The translations under genes were made by a program, and so were the position numbers. Below the pieces are notes generated by a model. That model saw only the letters and a program-made list of their open reading frames with translations, had not been told where the DNA came from and searched no databases. Below are positions 12,413 to 27,382 of a stretch of DNA of 64,000 bases, one piece after another. The DNA is from Octopus vulgaris (Eukaryota), in contig OX597815.1 of NCBI GenBank assembly GCA_951406725.2, forward strand, positions 206,460,001 to 206,524,000, given 5' to 3'. Positions within the stretch are counted from its first letter, which is position 1. Each line of letters opens with the position of its first letter.

Positions 12413-13510
12413 ATATGTGTTAAAATGTCTTTACATTAAAACATTTCCTGCAAAATATATATTCTCTTCTTCCTGTGATCCCTACTCTAATATTGCGCTA
12501 CCCTGAGGTTATAATCTAGAATTTATACTTCAGGATTGCTGAGTTACAAATATATTGCGACTCTTTTGTTATCAAACATTTTATAATCTTAAAAGTTTCG
12601 ATCTGTCGCAGATAATTACTATATTTTGGTACTTATTCGTAGCTTCTAGGTGTAAGACTTTATGTATCAAGAAGCAACTGAAGTAGCAATTTTGAAGTGC
12701 ATGTGTACTTAATGTTGTCTTTGAAACATCGTAATTTCTTGAATATGACCAAATTATTCTTGTTATACCCCGTAATGCATACAATGCTAAATTTTTCGAT
12801 TTATATAAAATAAGATTTTCATAAAAGGGATCAATATTGCAACAATATAGTCGCCAGAGTGATGTATATGTCTGTGTGGAGTCAGGCCTTTAATAATACT
12901 TGGAATTAATGCAGTCTAATAAACTATAATTCATCAGTCATTAGGTTTTAATGTTTTATAAACTTACTGTACCCACATGTTAGAAAAAGGAATTTCTAAG
13001 CACCCCCTAATTTCTGTGTCAATTTAAACTATTCAGAAAAAAAAAAAATGGTTATGAATATATGAAAACTGTTCTGAAACAATTAGTCAAATAAACTCAG
13101 CTGGGGACATGCATCATGTTCATAATTATTTGTTAGTTCTCTCTTGCGATTCATTCGAAGATATTTACAGAATTAAGAACCGATAAAAAAATTAATCAAC
13201 TTCACTGGAAAATATGCGGATAATGTGTTCTTGTTCGAGAATTTTTAAAGATACCGAGTTTTTAAAAAGGTTTTATACAGTCTCGACTTTCATGTGCTCA
13301 ATTGGGTTCGTAAAAGTTATATTGATTGATGTAATCTTCTTTTACTTGAGAGTATCAAATTGTTTGAGAAGATATTTCATGAACAGCCATCGCATTTCTT
13401 CAAATTATTGCTCATGTTTAGTTTTATTTAATTTTTCAGAGATTTAAAATTGCCAAAATGTTTTTTTACCTAATGTTTTTTTTTTTACTCGATATCAACA
13501 TTCGAAGAGT

Positions 13511-13714
13511 TACTCTTTTACTTGTTTCAGTCATTTTATTGTGGCCATGCTGGAGCACTGCCTTTAATCGAGCAACTCGACCCCGGGACTTATTCTTTTG
13601 TAAGCCCAGTACTTATTCTATCGGTCTCTTTTGCCGAACCGCTAAGTAACGGGGACATAAATACACCAGCATCGGTTGTCAAGCAATGCTAGGGGGACAA
13701 ACACAGACACACAA

Positions 13715-13761
<47 letters not shown>

Positions 13762-13936
13762 CATATATACGACGGGCTTCTTTTCGGTATCTGTCTACCA
13801 AATCCACTCACAAGGCTTTGGTCGGCCCGAGGCTAAAGTAGAAGACACTTGCCCAAGGTGCCACGTAATGGGACTGAACCCGGAACCATGTGGTTGGTAA
13901 ACAAGCTACTTACCACACAGCCACTCCTGCGCCTAT
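13511..13936 (-). mobile_element. Family-A tRNA-headed SINE (CORE-like segment), full length
   Basis: Head taggcgcaggagtggctgtgtggtaag, B-box ggttcagtccc, accttgggcaagtg CORE-like segment, internal (TA)(TG) tract, gtaaaagag tail. Confidence 0.92.
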
Positions 13937-14063
13937 AATTTTAGTAAAATTCGCATGGTAATATTCTTATTGGATATATAAATACAGACAGTATCATACT
14001 TTTTTATCTGCAGAGAATGAACTTATATATCATTACATATATTATCCTATAGTTGGCGTGCTG

Positions 14064-14560
14064 TGGAGGCGCGTGGCTTAGCGGTTAGGGTGTTGAACTC
14101 ATGATCGTAAGGCTGTGGTTTCGATTCCTGGACCGGCGATGCGTTGTGTTCTTGAGCAAAACACTTCATTTTCACGTTGCTCCAGTCCACTGGCAAAAAT
14201 GAGTAATCCTGCGACGGACTGGCGTCCCGTCCAGGTGGAGTATTTCTACGCCACTGAAGCCGAGGAAACCAGCGCTTATGAACCTGGCATGGCTCGAGAA
14301 GGAACATTTATTTTAAGTCGAGGCGCGTGGCTTAGTGTGTCAGCATCATGATCGTAAGATTGTGGTTTCGATTCCTGGACTGGGCGACGCGTTGTGTTCT
14401 TGAGCAAAACACTTCATTTCACGTTGCTCCAGTCCACTCAGCTGGCAAAAAGGAGTAACGCTGCGATTGACTGGCGTCTCATCCAGCTGGGAAACACATA
14501 CGCCATTGAAACTGGGAAACCGGGCCCATGAGACTGGCTAGGTTTTAAAAGGGCGCGTTT
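14064..14560 (+). mobile_element. Two tandem family-C tRNA-headed SINEs (14064-14310, 14320-14560)
   Basis: gaggcgcgtggcttag.. head, ggtttcgattcc B-box, tgcga.ggactggcgtc core; the 3' tails differ. Confidence 0.85.
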
Positions 14561-14579
14561 ATTTTTTTTTTAATTTATA

Positions 14580-14782
14580 GTTGGCGTGCTGGTATTATCG
14601 TTAGCACGTTGGACAAAATCGATACTTTCTGAATTCAAATTCCGCCGATGTCAACTTGGTCATTTATCCCTTTTGGGGTTGATGAAAGAAGTACCACTCG
14701 AGCAGCACTGGGGTCGATCTAATCGACTATCTCTCTCCCCTAAAATTTCAGGCTTTGTGCCTAAAGTAGAAAGGATTATAAT
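14580..14782 (+). mobile_element. Diverged family-B SINE
   Basis: ttcaaattccgccga..ggggttgat..aagtacca..actggggtcgat. Confidence 0.7.
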
Positions 14783-17136
14783 GGCAACTGTAAAATATTA
14801 ATTATAACGTTATTAGAAACTTAAAAGAAATACACATTTTATTTTAGGTTAATCTATTCTACTAACATTTCGAGATATCATTGAAATATAAATATTTCAA
14901 AACAGAGTTGGCTTAGCTAAAGAGCCGAGTGGTATAATTTACAATAATTTAATTTAATATGTGGTGATTAGCAGCATGAATTTGATTCTGGATTAATTTC
15001 TTATTACTTTCTGCATTTTTTTCAAATAATTTCTAATTACAAATTAATAATTTACTATGAGAAATTCGCAATCTTTAAAATCCACCTAACATACTTTGCT
15101 ATTTCACAAAGTATATAATGAGAATACTAGAAACTGTATCCTTACTTCTATTTTGAACGTAAATGAACAGCTTTGACATATCTGGGAAGCTGGAGGCATA
15201 CAATTCTGAGAACGTAGAGATTTAATTAAACAAGTTGAATGACAAAACTGAAGTATGGGATTTGGGAAAAAGAGAGGCAAGATTACTCATCTCCCCAATT
15301 CCAGCAAAACCAACAAATAATTTAATGTAAACTAAATCGCTTCACAAATAAATACAGCCAGAAATGGTAAAATAATATATGAAAAGTAAAAGAAATAATA
15401 ATAATAATAATGATGATGATAATAATAATATTAGCAGCGGTAGTATTAATTGAAACAGAAGAAAGGAGAAGTAGAGATTAAAAGAATGAAAAGTTTTATG
15501 TTAAACAATTGGATGGCTACGTCGGCAGACACTCTTCGCTTTTTTTTCCTAAAAAAGATGGCATACCCGAGGGAGTATCTGCTTTACTCGTAAGACTAAG
15601 CTGTGATAACAAACTGTTAACGGTAAAATAACTGTGATGGAATCAAGAAAGCATCAGACCAGTGGGAAGATTTTTAGTTAATAGTTGTTTGTTTAGATTC
15701 TGTTAGCAATCCCTTTGTGCAGGATGACATGATTCCATCCATATGGTTCTAAGTAATAAAAACAGGAAATACTGAAGCCATCTTAGTTATTCCATGTTCA
15801 TTTCAAAGCTATATTTGAAAACGCTACTTAATGTGTTTGAAAATGCTGGATTCTGTCCTTTTCAAGTTTCCTTTCACTTGTAGATCTTCGTTAACTCTTC
15901 ACTTATAGATGTATATAAAATCCATTTTATTTGACTACTTCATTTTTCTAGGTACGCAAACATATGTTTGCATAAATATATATGTATATATATAAAGGTA
16001 TATGTCTGTGTGTGCGTTAGTGTGAATAGGTATATATATATGCATATATATGTGTATACATATATATAATAACAATTTAATAAATAAAACATATGCATAC
16101 ATGCATACATATATGTACATATCTCCATCTATATGTATATATACATGCATGTATATATATATGAGTACAGGACACCACAAATAAATGTGGAACACAACGA
16201 GAAACGAAAACATAAAATCAAACAAGGAAACGGACTTTTTTTAACAACGAAAAAACAGAGTACAAGACAAACAATACAAGGAATATTCCCCTTCATCAGC
16301 TGCCCCTGTTTCGACTCAATGCGTGGTGTGCATGCATGAATATCTATCTATATCCACCAAACAAATATGTATATATATATATATATTTATATGTATATAC
16401 ATATACATACATATGTACATATATATATATATGTGTATGTATATACTAACATGCACAGACACAAACACAGACACACACACACTCGTACATATAACTGTAA
16501 TTGTAAGTATATAAGTATATAAGTATATAAGTTCGAGGTGAATGATCGAACACGAGTTACCTACCGTTAACACCATGATGTTGGTCAATATACATGTGAC
16601 ATACCGATCTGACCTACTATAATAAATAGTATGATGCAATACATGCGTTCGAGATTTTAGCTTGAGGAAACCAGTGTACGTTACTTTAACATCAATTTGT
16701 AGAAAGAGCCAAAAACAAAATTTTTATTGATAACAATACATAAAACGCTTTTATTAAATATCATCTCTCGATTGTAAGTTACACCATTAGAGTGATATGT
16801 TAGTTATTGTTGTCGAGGGAAACTCTTTGGGTAGTGTATTATTCTTAGGTTGTAATACTGAATGCGATTAAAGGAGATTATAACTCTGGCTACATATACA
16901 TATATACATACATACATACATACATACATACATACATACATACATACATACATACATACATACATACATACATACGTACATACATACATACACACAAACA
17001 AAAATACCCTGTTGTTGATGTTGAAATTCCAATGGAGGAGCCTTGGATCTAGGTTAGAAACCAGTCCTTTCTCTATTGGCAAGAAATCTTGAAATAAGCT
17101 GAATAATGACACACACACACACGCGCGCGCGCACAC

Positions 17137-17170
<34 letters not shown>

Positions 17171-17171
17171 G

Positions 17172-17208
<37 letters not shown>

Positions 17209-17210
17209 AC

Positions 17211-17267
<57 letters not shown>

Positions 17268-17460
17268 CATGTGGTCGAATACACGCAGAAAGGAAAGGCT
17301 TTTTTTTTTCCAATCTGCTGATTTTTAATGTCGAGTGAAGAGCTGTTCAAGCCAAACAGCTGTCGTAGTGTGGGATCTGTTTTTGTTTGATATAAATTAA
17401 AATATTTAAGGACACTACACACTTCCAAAATAAAGTTGTTTTGAGCCCTTTTATATCTCT

Positions 17461-17658
<198 letters not shown>

Positions 17659-17694
17659 TTGCATATATATGTGTGTGTGTGTATATATATATGT

Positions 17695-17820
<126 letters not shown>

Positions 17821-18559
17821 ATATGTATGTGATTTTTAAACGCACCAAGAAGCTCTCAGTGGATATACACTCCTTTGCGGTTGTCGGCGCTGCCGCTACC
17901 ACGCTGAACAATCAGCAGACATGGGGACTACATCTATGTAATAAATTAAGCCTGTGGACGCCTCTCAACAGCACCACATGAAAAAAATTCTACATGGAAG
18001 AAATGACGTTGTAAGGGGGTAGGATTGGCAAGGAAGCGCTTGAAAACAACACTGTCATATGATATTTCGGCTTGGAATCAATAGTCATAGCTCAACTATG
18101 CACTCCTTGTCGTAAACAGCGTGCGACCATTGTAAGGACAACTTGTCAACCAAACGAAAACAATTCTGCATGCGGCGTCCGGGTGCACGAAAGATCACAT
18201 TAAGGAGACCATACATTGGTAGGTTAATGTACACGCGATATTTCGGTTTGTAATCGATAGCTGAAAAATATTTGTATGGGTTTCGCCTATGCTTGGAAGG
18301 AAGACTTTGATACTGAAGAAAATATTTGGAGAAAATAGTTGAATAGTTTCTCAGGATTTAACATATTTTTTGCATGTTTGTCATAGTAAACATAATGCGT
18401 TCCAAACGATTTTTATTTCAACAAATTGCTACCTATGGTACTACGAAAACAGGCTATTATTGGTACCACTTAGACAAAGCAATTTGAAGTCTACATCGGT
18501 TTATCCATTTAATACAACCAAGTTATATAATTTCAGTAGCTGTTTGTTTCAACTTGAAC

Positions 18560-18850
18560 AGAAGCAATGCATGGACCATGCGGGCAGTCGTATGTACCCC
18601 AGGAAAGGGGATTTTCACTATGTGAAAGGTTTTAAGAGTGTAAAACTATCTCTTGAACATAAGTAATTTATGTTCTCAGTTTGGAGAAAATCAGTTGTGA
18701 ATTACAGAAGTTCTGCGGGTTTACACACAGACACACACAGACACAGACACACAGACACAGACACATAGACACACACACACACGTACATACACACAGACAG
18801 ACAAACAGACACACACACACATGCACACACGTCCTCAGTTTTATATCTAT
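18560..18850 (-). mobile_element. Helitron-like 5' fragment; related copy at about 20310-20537
   Basis: Both share cagtttggagaaaatcagttgtgaat..cagaagttc.gcgggttt(CA)n..tcctcagt.ttata; minus strand reads tataaaactgagg + (TG)n like the other Helitron 5' ends. Confidence 0.55.
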
Positions 18851-20058
18851 ATCTATAAAATTCTGTGTGTGTGTGTGTTTCCTCTATGCTCGGCCAAACC
18901 GCTGGATCAGTCTGTACCGAATTTAACATGAAGGTTTTTCATTACTTGGAGAAGGTTCTAGGCGGGGGTGGTGGGCAAATTTTGACCCATGCCCATACAA
19001 GGGGCTGTAACCCTCCCTATACGACCCTTCCGATTTTTTTTTAGCGGTATAATATTGTTTCAATTTCAATCTTTCACTTTTGATAAGACTATAATATTGT
19101 TTATACTACATACAACTGCTTACAAACATAGAGATTAATGCAAAATTCTTTCTATGTTCATAATTTTCTGTTTACAATATTGAAAATGCCACCAACGAAA
19201 AGGTCTAATCTCTCCAGGTACAACTATAAAGCAAGGAGGATTGTAGAAAACCGAAGACGAGAGTCTCAAGACAGAAAGGGGTTGAGACTTTCTCAAGATC
19301 AGCAAACAGATGCTACAGCAGGGGAGGGAAATGAGACTTTCTCAAGATCAGCAAAGGCATGATGCAGCACGTCAAATGAAGACTCAATACAGAAGAGAAA
19401 TGAGACTTTCCCAAAATTTCCAAGTGAAACTAATGACATGCGTTGTCCAGGCGGTAAGGTAAGATTGCCAGCACTACCAGCTCCTCCTCAACGTTTTATA
19501 GATCCCCTGGAAGGCACCTCCATCCAGAAAAAGTATTTTCTAAACAATATCAGGTGATGCAACTATGCATTTCAAATGACATCGTTTGGTGCATCTAAGG
19601 AGATAGCTGAACAGGTATTTACGTCAACGTTCAAAGTTCAAGTGCAGGTCTATCACCTCATTGCTTCCTTGTTACCCATAAATGAACAACTACACTTCCT
19701 TCAAATTTACTTCGTGAGTGATGTAGGACGACAAACCCGAAGGAAGTATCAAGACTTCAAACGATCGGTCGTGTTTAGACGCAGCGCCGACTGCCGCAAA
19801 GGAGAGTATATCCACTGACAGCATTTCGATGCGTTCAAAAATCTCATATCGCCACACACAATTTCTATGGCGAGTAAGGACCTGGAATACTCCAAACAGA
19901 GGCATGGCATACCGCTTAGTCGAATTAGCCCATCATTTACTCCACAAATGTTTTGTTGTCAATGCTGCACTTTCCCATGTCACTTGCTGCAACATAACTA
20001 TAATATATATGCAAACTATGCAATTTTAATCCAGAGCAAAACCGGTTATCTCTGCTAG
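18846..20058 (+). mobile_element. Internally deleted Helitron with RepHel N-terminal remnant
   Basis: A|TC start, CTAG|T end; 19440-19725 translates to CPGGKVRLPALPAPPQ..YFLNNIR*CNYAFQMTSFG..FTSTFKVQVQVYHLIASLLP..FLQIYF, the conserved Helitron N-terminal region. Confidence 0.9.
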
Positions 20059-20879
20059 TATATATATATATATATATATTTGAGTAATTGAATGAATTAT
20101 CTTATTAAGTATAATTCGAAAGCTAACCGATAGCCTTCGAAACATATGTCGAGAATAAAGGATATTTGTTAACTAGTCGTTCAACTCCATTCTTTCATAT
20201 ACTTATATATATATATATATATATATATAGGTAGAGAAAGTAACATAAGTACGTCATCAAGAGTAATGTCACTTGAACCGACGAAGCAACAAAGTTATGC
20301 GATCGTTTGTGTTGTTTACACAGGAAATGGAGTTTTCTGCACCCAGGGGCCCCATTACTCATTATATGAAAAAGTTTAAGAGTGTAAAGCCATTCCTGGA
20401 ACATAACTGATGTATGTTCCCAGTTTGGAGAAAATCAGTTGTGAATGTCAGAAGTTCCGCGGGTTTCCACACATACACACACACACACACACTCACACAC
20501 ACTCATACAGACTCATACATCCTCAGTCTTATATATATATACACATGCATATACACATACAGACAAGTATATGTATATATAGTTAGAAACTGAATATGTG
20601 AATTACCTACGTGCTTTTTTTTAATGGTTCGCTTTTTCTTATCTCCTTTCCTCCGTTCTCTCGGTTCTTCTTTGAAGTCCTCTCTGTGTATTCGATGAAA
20701 CACTATATCCGAAACGTTATACTTTTACCCTATAACTTTCACTTTATAAGTTTTTTTCCTTCTATCAGCTTCAGCTCAATAATGTTAACTGTGAGAGCTC
20801 GGACTTTTGTTTACTTTTTAAATTTGATTTAATCTTTTGTCATTGATTTACTCTCTCTCTCTCTAAGTACGCACACATG

Positions 20880-20936
<57 letters not shown>

Positions 20937-21573
20937 GTACATAGAAACACACGTAGAGGTATATATAAGTAAATGTATCATAATACATGAAGTTGAATGT
21001 GTGTATATATGTTCCAAGTTTTAGGCTATAGTTTTGTACCTAGGTAACTAAGAATTTGCAAGTTCACATCCTTGAAATTGTGTATTAGCTTAGCTTCAAA
21101 CGCCCCCCACCAACAAAAAAAAATAACTCCAAAAAATTAAAACCAAAACCAAAACGATACAAAAAAGCAACAACAAACAAACAAGCACACCAGAATACTT
21201 ATATACTGAAGTACTGCAAAAGACATTTGAAAAGTTACTGATAAGAAAAATAAATCAGTTTGTATAATTATGTAAATTAATACAGCATTAAAAAATTAAA
21301 AAAAAAAACATAAAAACAAGCCATGCTATAGAAGCAAATTTGAAAATGTCCAAGTAAGGTTTTGTGATCTATATTTGTTTATTTTTTTTTTGAGATTTTC
21401 TATGAAGATCAATGCAAAAGATCTCCTGGTGTGCTGGATGTAATTATTCTGAGTGAAGCAACATTCCTGGACGAAGAATAGATGCGGCTTCTTTTATTTG
21501 AAGTATAAATAAACCTTGGTTAGATCATACACACGGGTAGTATATATATATATATATATATACATATACATAC

Positions 21574-21621
<48 letters not shown>

Positions 21622-21657
21622 GTGTATATATATGTATATATATATATACTGTATATA

Positions 21658-21715
<58 letters not shown>

Positions 21716-21889
21716 TGTATATATATATATATATGTATATACACACAAATACACACCCGTACACATACATGTATGCATGCATGTATATATGTATGCATGT
21801 TGTATACATGCATACATACATACATACATACATACATACATACATACATACATACATACATGCATACATACATACATACATATAGTGAA

Positions 21890-22010
21890 TGCACATGGTT
21901 TAGTCGTTAGAACGTTGGGGTTACACAGCTTGATTGCCTTGTGTTCTTGAGCAGGGCACTATATTTTTATGTTGTTCCAGTTCACCCAGCGGTAGAAATG
22001 AGTTGTGACG
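21890..22010 (+). mobile_element. Diverged family-C SINE fragment
   Basis: catggtttagtcgttag..ttgtgttcttgagca..gttgttccagttcac. Confidence 0.55.
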
Positions 22011-22186
22011 TCAGTGGTGCAAAGCTGTTTCGGCCTTTACATTTAGTTTTGATAACATCGGTGAAGTGGAGAGGTGAAACTGGTATGTGTAGCCGACGGC
22101 TGGCGCCTCACCAAACAATCTTGTCCGGACATGTGCAATCCCAAGGTCATTCATGATTATCGAAGGGGCTCTTATATACCTTTCTT

Positions 22187-22395
22187 TCTTTCTTTTACTT
22201 GTTTCAGTCATTTGACTGCGGCCATGCTGGAGCACCACCTTTAGTCGAGCAACTCGACCCCGGGACTTATTCATTGTAAGCCCAGTACTTATTCTATCGG
22301 TCTCTTTTGCCGAACCGCTAAGTGACGGGGACATAAACACATCAGCGTCGGCTGTCAAGCAATGCTAGGGGGACAAATGCTAGACACACAAACAC

Positions 22396-22478
<83 letters not shown>

Positions 22479-22646
22479 TACGACAGGCCTCTTTCAGTTT
22501 CCGTCTACCAAATCCACTCACAAGGCATTGGTCAGCCCGGGGCTATAGCAGAAGACACTTGCTCAAGGTTCCACGCAGTGGGACTGAACCCGGAACCATG
22601 TGGGTGGTAAGCAAGCTACTTACCATACAGCCACTCCTGCGCCTAC
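22187..22646 (-). mobile_element. Family-A SINE, full length
   Basis: Near-identical to other family-A copies. Confidence 0.92.
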
Positions 22647-23048
22647 TCACTTTCCTTTTAGAATTTACTTCTGAGAACAGCCACCGGTTTGTTACACATT
22701 TTTCTTGTCCTTGTTCAAAGACAACATTTTGATATCTTTCGTAACTTCGTTCCGTGTTTTGCCCCTTTTAGCTTTAATAGCTAATTTTCCGTTTAATTTC
22801 GTACACTTGTTGCTGTGTTGTGTTGGCACCAAAAATTAGGTGCACTGAAGCGAGTGTGAAATTCTGTTGATTAATGCACCAAGATTGCCTTGACACTCGA
22901 CAACAGCTGGTGATAGAATTGGCGATCTTCTTCGTATTTTGTCCAGTGTGTTTGAACCGTTGTTCATACTTTATTTTTGTTACAAGCACAGACGCACTCG
23001 CACATACACGCGCACACACACACATACACACACATATTTATGTATATA

Positions 23049-23442
23049 CTAGCAGTATCGCCCGACGTTGCTCGGGTTTGAAAGGGAAATAACTATATAA
23101 ACAATTTTAGAGATGTAAAGTATAATAGCCATCTCAATATGGCTAACCACAAAGGGGGGTGTGTTACTGTAGCTTTTTACGTTCTGAGATTTAATAATAA
23201 ACTTTTAGAGAGTTACTTCCCCTATATATGCCAAAAATGCATTGAAAATGGGAAAAATTGAAGGTAAATTTTTTTTAAAATCGTAGACTCATCGTAGACG
23301 CGCGCTAATACCCAGAAGGGCTCGATATGAATCACGACTATAAGATACCCGGTTTTGGTTAAACTGCACCGCAAAATGTGGGAGTAGTTAGGAATCTAAA
23401 TCGTAGGAGACAGACAGCACACAACCTCACTTTTATAAAAGA
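23049..23442 (-). mobile_element. Non-autonomous Helitron H1
   Basis: Reverse complement of 5132-5525 with the same termini. Confidence 0.88.
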
Positions 23443-24518
23443 TATATGTGTACACACATACATATATATGGCTAATTTGGCGAAATGCTAATGTGTTCCT
23501 GTACACACACAAACACACATACACACACAAAAAATACTCACACACACATACATACTTACACACATATACATATGTTTGTATGTATATCTGTATGTCTTAG
23601 AGTGTATGTGAATGTGTATGTATATTTTTGTATGTGTATTTACAAATGTGTGAATATATATGTAAGTATATATACATAAATATACTTACATAGTTAAACA
23701 TACATATGCTCATATATATTTGCATATTCATATACATTTTTAAAAAGTATATTTATGTATGGATATATATGTATCAAGATTAATCAGCCGAAATTCCAAG
23801 GAATCTAATGCTCTTAGCTTAGTTTTTCCTTGGGGCTGGCCAGATTGGAGCAATCTCAAGATTAATCCGCCAGGAGATCTTTAGCCCCCCTTTCCGCATT
23901 CTCACACGCACACACCCACCTACACACACACACGCACACACACACACACATACACACGTACACACACGTACACACACGTACACACACATGTATATATATA
24001 TATATATACACACGACATCAGCAGTTAAGAATTTTTTTAATCATGAAGTATTTACAACCATGGCCTGCGACAAAGAAAAAGAATAATTTCCTATTATGAG
24101 GTGTTGAAATCTTTTGTTTCCCGATCCCGCCATCGCATACATAGAACGATTTCTGTTAATTTGAAATGTAAAATAATCACTTAACAAAATATTTACTAGA
24201 ACTTAAGAAACCTAAAAACACTAATGCTTAATACCTCCCCTCATATCGTATGTGAAGTATAAGCAATAGCCAGTCCCTAATGAAAGAATAGGTTGTCCTT
24301 TGTTTCTATGGCATGTCAGTATTGGAGAAAATCTTGAATGTTGAGAGTATTCCTCTTCTCAAGTACAATTACCCATTGGTAATTCTGATAGATCTAGGTA
24401 TAATTACCATTTGATACTTATGATAGATCCTCTGCAGGCGGAGTTGGTTTTTATAAATCAAATAGTTTTGCTGGGTGAGATTTGGCATATCCTTATGTGC
24501 GTGCTTGTTATTAGAACA

Positions 24519-24835
24519 AGGTCATCAGTTTACCATCAGAACAAACTTCACCTGTGCATCAGAAAACTTAATTTACGTCTTAACATGCGCGGGGTGCAAT
24601 AGACAGTATATAGGCCATACAAAAAACAGCTTACGAAAAAGGATGACGGTGCATAAATCCCAAATTAGAAATCCTGAATACAGGAAAATACCAGTCAGCG
24701 GACACATAGATAGATGTGCTTCAAATAAAAATCCCAAATTCACAACTTGCCCACTTTACAAATTCAGTGACAGCGTAACCTTCACTCAACGCCAAAATAA
24801 AGAACTTTATTTCATTAGAAAATTCGGACCGTTTG
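24519..24835 (+). mobile_element. Penelope-like element GIY-YIG endonuclease fragment (5'-truncated)
   Basis: FTCASENLIYVLTCAGCNRQYIGHTKNSLRKRMTVH..VSGH..KELYFIRKF: TC-S-N-IY, CxxC insert, YIG-T, catalytic R and H typical of PLE endonucleases; no RT upstream. The element probably extends to about 25300. Confidence 0.85.
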
Positions 24836-25340
24836 AACACCCTGGGCCAGGAATATTAAAACAATACATTGGTCTTCCGAAAAGAAAAAGGGAATTCTAC
24901 TACTACCACCACAATCACTACAACTGCTGCTACTATTACTACTACTACAAACACCATGGTCACTACTATTACTACTATGATCAACAGTCCTTCACTACTG
25001 CTGCTGCTGCAACAACCAATGAGCTGCTGCAACCCCAACCACCACCACAGTTACTACTACTATGACCAACAGTCACTGCTGCTACTGCCATTTCAGCCAC
25101 TGACCATTCTGACACATAAGACAGCTAAAAACAACAACATGGATTCTGTTGAGACCAGTAAGAAACAATTATGAACTTTTTCATTACACTTAACTTTTTA
25201 AAATATTTTTTATAAGGTTCATTTTTTCAAGAAGAACCGAAACATGTAAAATTCATAAGAAAATTAAAATTTATCTCATATAGTGGCGTTTTCAAACTTT
25301 TTTTATACATATATATTTATATATGCATGTACATATATAG

Positions 25341-25412
<72 letters not shown>

Positions 25413-25436
25413 TTACATATATATATGTATATATAT

Positions 25437-25742
25437 CACGTGATCACGTGACCGACCAGACCATCAGATGCTGTTACACATCGCTGGTCACAATGCGTTC
25501 GCATTGTTTTAGCCTTCGAATGACGCCACCCCGCTGGCTAAGCGAGCAGGTCAACAGAAGAAAGAGTGAGAGGAAGAGTGGTGAAAGAGTACAGCAGGGA
25601 TCACCACCCCCTGCCGGAGCGTCGTGGAGCTTTTAGGTGTTTTCGCTCAATAAACACACACAACTCCTGGTCTGGGAATCGAAACCGCGATCCTGCGACC
25701 GCGAGTCCGCTGCCCTAACCTCTAGGCCATTGCGCCTCCACA
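25437..25742 (-). mobile_element. Family-D tRNA-headed SINE
   Basis: Minus strand ggaggcgcaatggcctagaggttagggcagcggactcgcgg..ggtttcgattccc; ends in the palindrome cacgtgatcacgtg; sits in (TA)n. Confidence 0.8.
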
Positions 25743-26201
25743 TGTATATATATATATATGAGGAAAATACATATTTTGCTGAAATAGTCATCGTGATGAA
25801 ACCATATACTGAAAAGAAATAGAATAGCAAGAAAAACGAATGGGTGAAGGGATTTAAGTTCAATTACAAAATATCATAATAGTCATAAATCGCTTATAAC
25901 AGAGTTATTTGCTTGCGGCATAACACCAGAGTTAGCTGCTAATTATAGAATATATATTAGCTGCTTCCGCTGAATTTATTGCCCGTATGAGAGAAAAACA
26001 AGAAAGTAGAGAACATAAAAATGATAACCAACAGAATGCGGATAATGTTTTACGAAATAGTGAGTGAGCCATTCAACTTGATAGCGGAGAGGCCATTGAG
26101 AAAACAGACATATAGACATATTCATACGTAGAAAAATATGCAAATATGCACATATAGAGACATTCACAGACACGCTAATTCAGAGGTATGTAGATATATC
26201 C

Positions 26202-26326
<125 letters not shown>

Positions 26327-26440
26327 AATGCAGAGATATATAAATATATACGCATATACACACAGAGTTACAAACACATACGTATACATATAAATAAATA
26401 GACATACATATGTATGTATATATGCATGTTTGCGTGTGTG

Positions 26441-26475
<35 letters not shown>

Positions 26476-26797
26476 CCATCCATATACACATACATATGTA
26501 TGTCTCTTTATTTATATGTATACATATGTATGTATACAGAAAAATAAGAAAATAGAGATAAATCAATTAATAATTATTTGCACGACTTTTTATGAATCGA
26601 TATTCAGTTAGCTGATACGCTCCGTACACTTTACACACAAAAATGTATTGTATGTCTTTTTCATTTTCCGACACGATTCAATTTTATACTGTTTTAATTA
26701 TTCTAATTAATTTCTAAAATTTGAATCGAAACAGCTGTCAGAGATTATGTCCATTTTTGTAATTGATAATTATTATGAATTGATTTATCTCTATTTT

Positions 26798-26842
<45 letters not shown>

Positions 26843-26845
<3 letters not shown>

Positions 26846-27382
26846 TCACCACGGCGTCGTCGTTTTTCTAGAGAATAAAGGTCGAGCGTCTTCAGCCTTT
26901 CTTCATAAGACAAATTCTTGAGACCAAGAACCATGCGGGTAGCCAGCTTCTGGACTCTTTCGAGATGATGTATGCCTTTGAGGATATAAGGAGAAGAGGC
27001 TTGAATCCCGTACTCCAATATGGGTCTCACCAGCGTGACATAGAGCGGTAGGAATATGGCTGCTGTGAGCATTCCGAATGACCGTCGAATCAAGAACAGA
27101 ACTCCGCGTGCTTTGTTGGCAGTATGGACGCACTGGGCCGAAGGCGAAAAGGAGGAATCCACCAAGATACCCAGGTCCTTTACCTGGTCGGTCCTCTCCA
27201 GCAGCAGACGACCCGGCTCGAAATCAAGTTGAGTTGCAGGAGGAGAGCCAACAGGCAGATGACAGCACTTTGACACGTTCAGACACAGGTCCCATTCGTT
27301 AGACCATCTCCAAATTTGGTGGAGGCATCGATGAAGATCCTCTATATCACCGCGAGGAGCGAGCAGTTTGACATCGTCGGCA
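26843..27382 (-). mobile_element. CR1-clade LINE reverse transcriptase C-terminal fragment
   Basis: ADDVKL..WDLCLNVSKC..KDLGILVD..LVRPILEY..LERVQKLATRMV..SYEERLKTLDLYSLEKRRRRGDL; intact frame, truncated at both ends. Confidence 0.92.

Noticed and set aside
14064-14140. tRNA-like sequences at SINE heads (also 25670-25742, 41402-41470)
   Set aside because: They run directly into SINE bodies with no terminator; not tRNA genes.
16275-16320. CTGATGA and GAAAC motifs on the minus strand as a hammerhead
   Set aside because: Order and spacing are incompatible with any hammerhead topology.
18089-18261. Phase-compatible minus-strand terminal exon (AIDYKPKYRVYINLP...)
   Set aside because: Good acceptor but no recognisable protein features, and it coincides with a direct-repeat unit; unsupported without transcripts.
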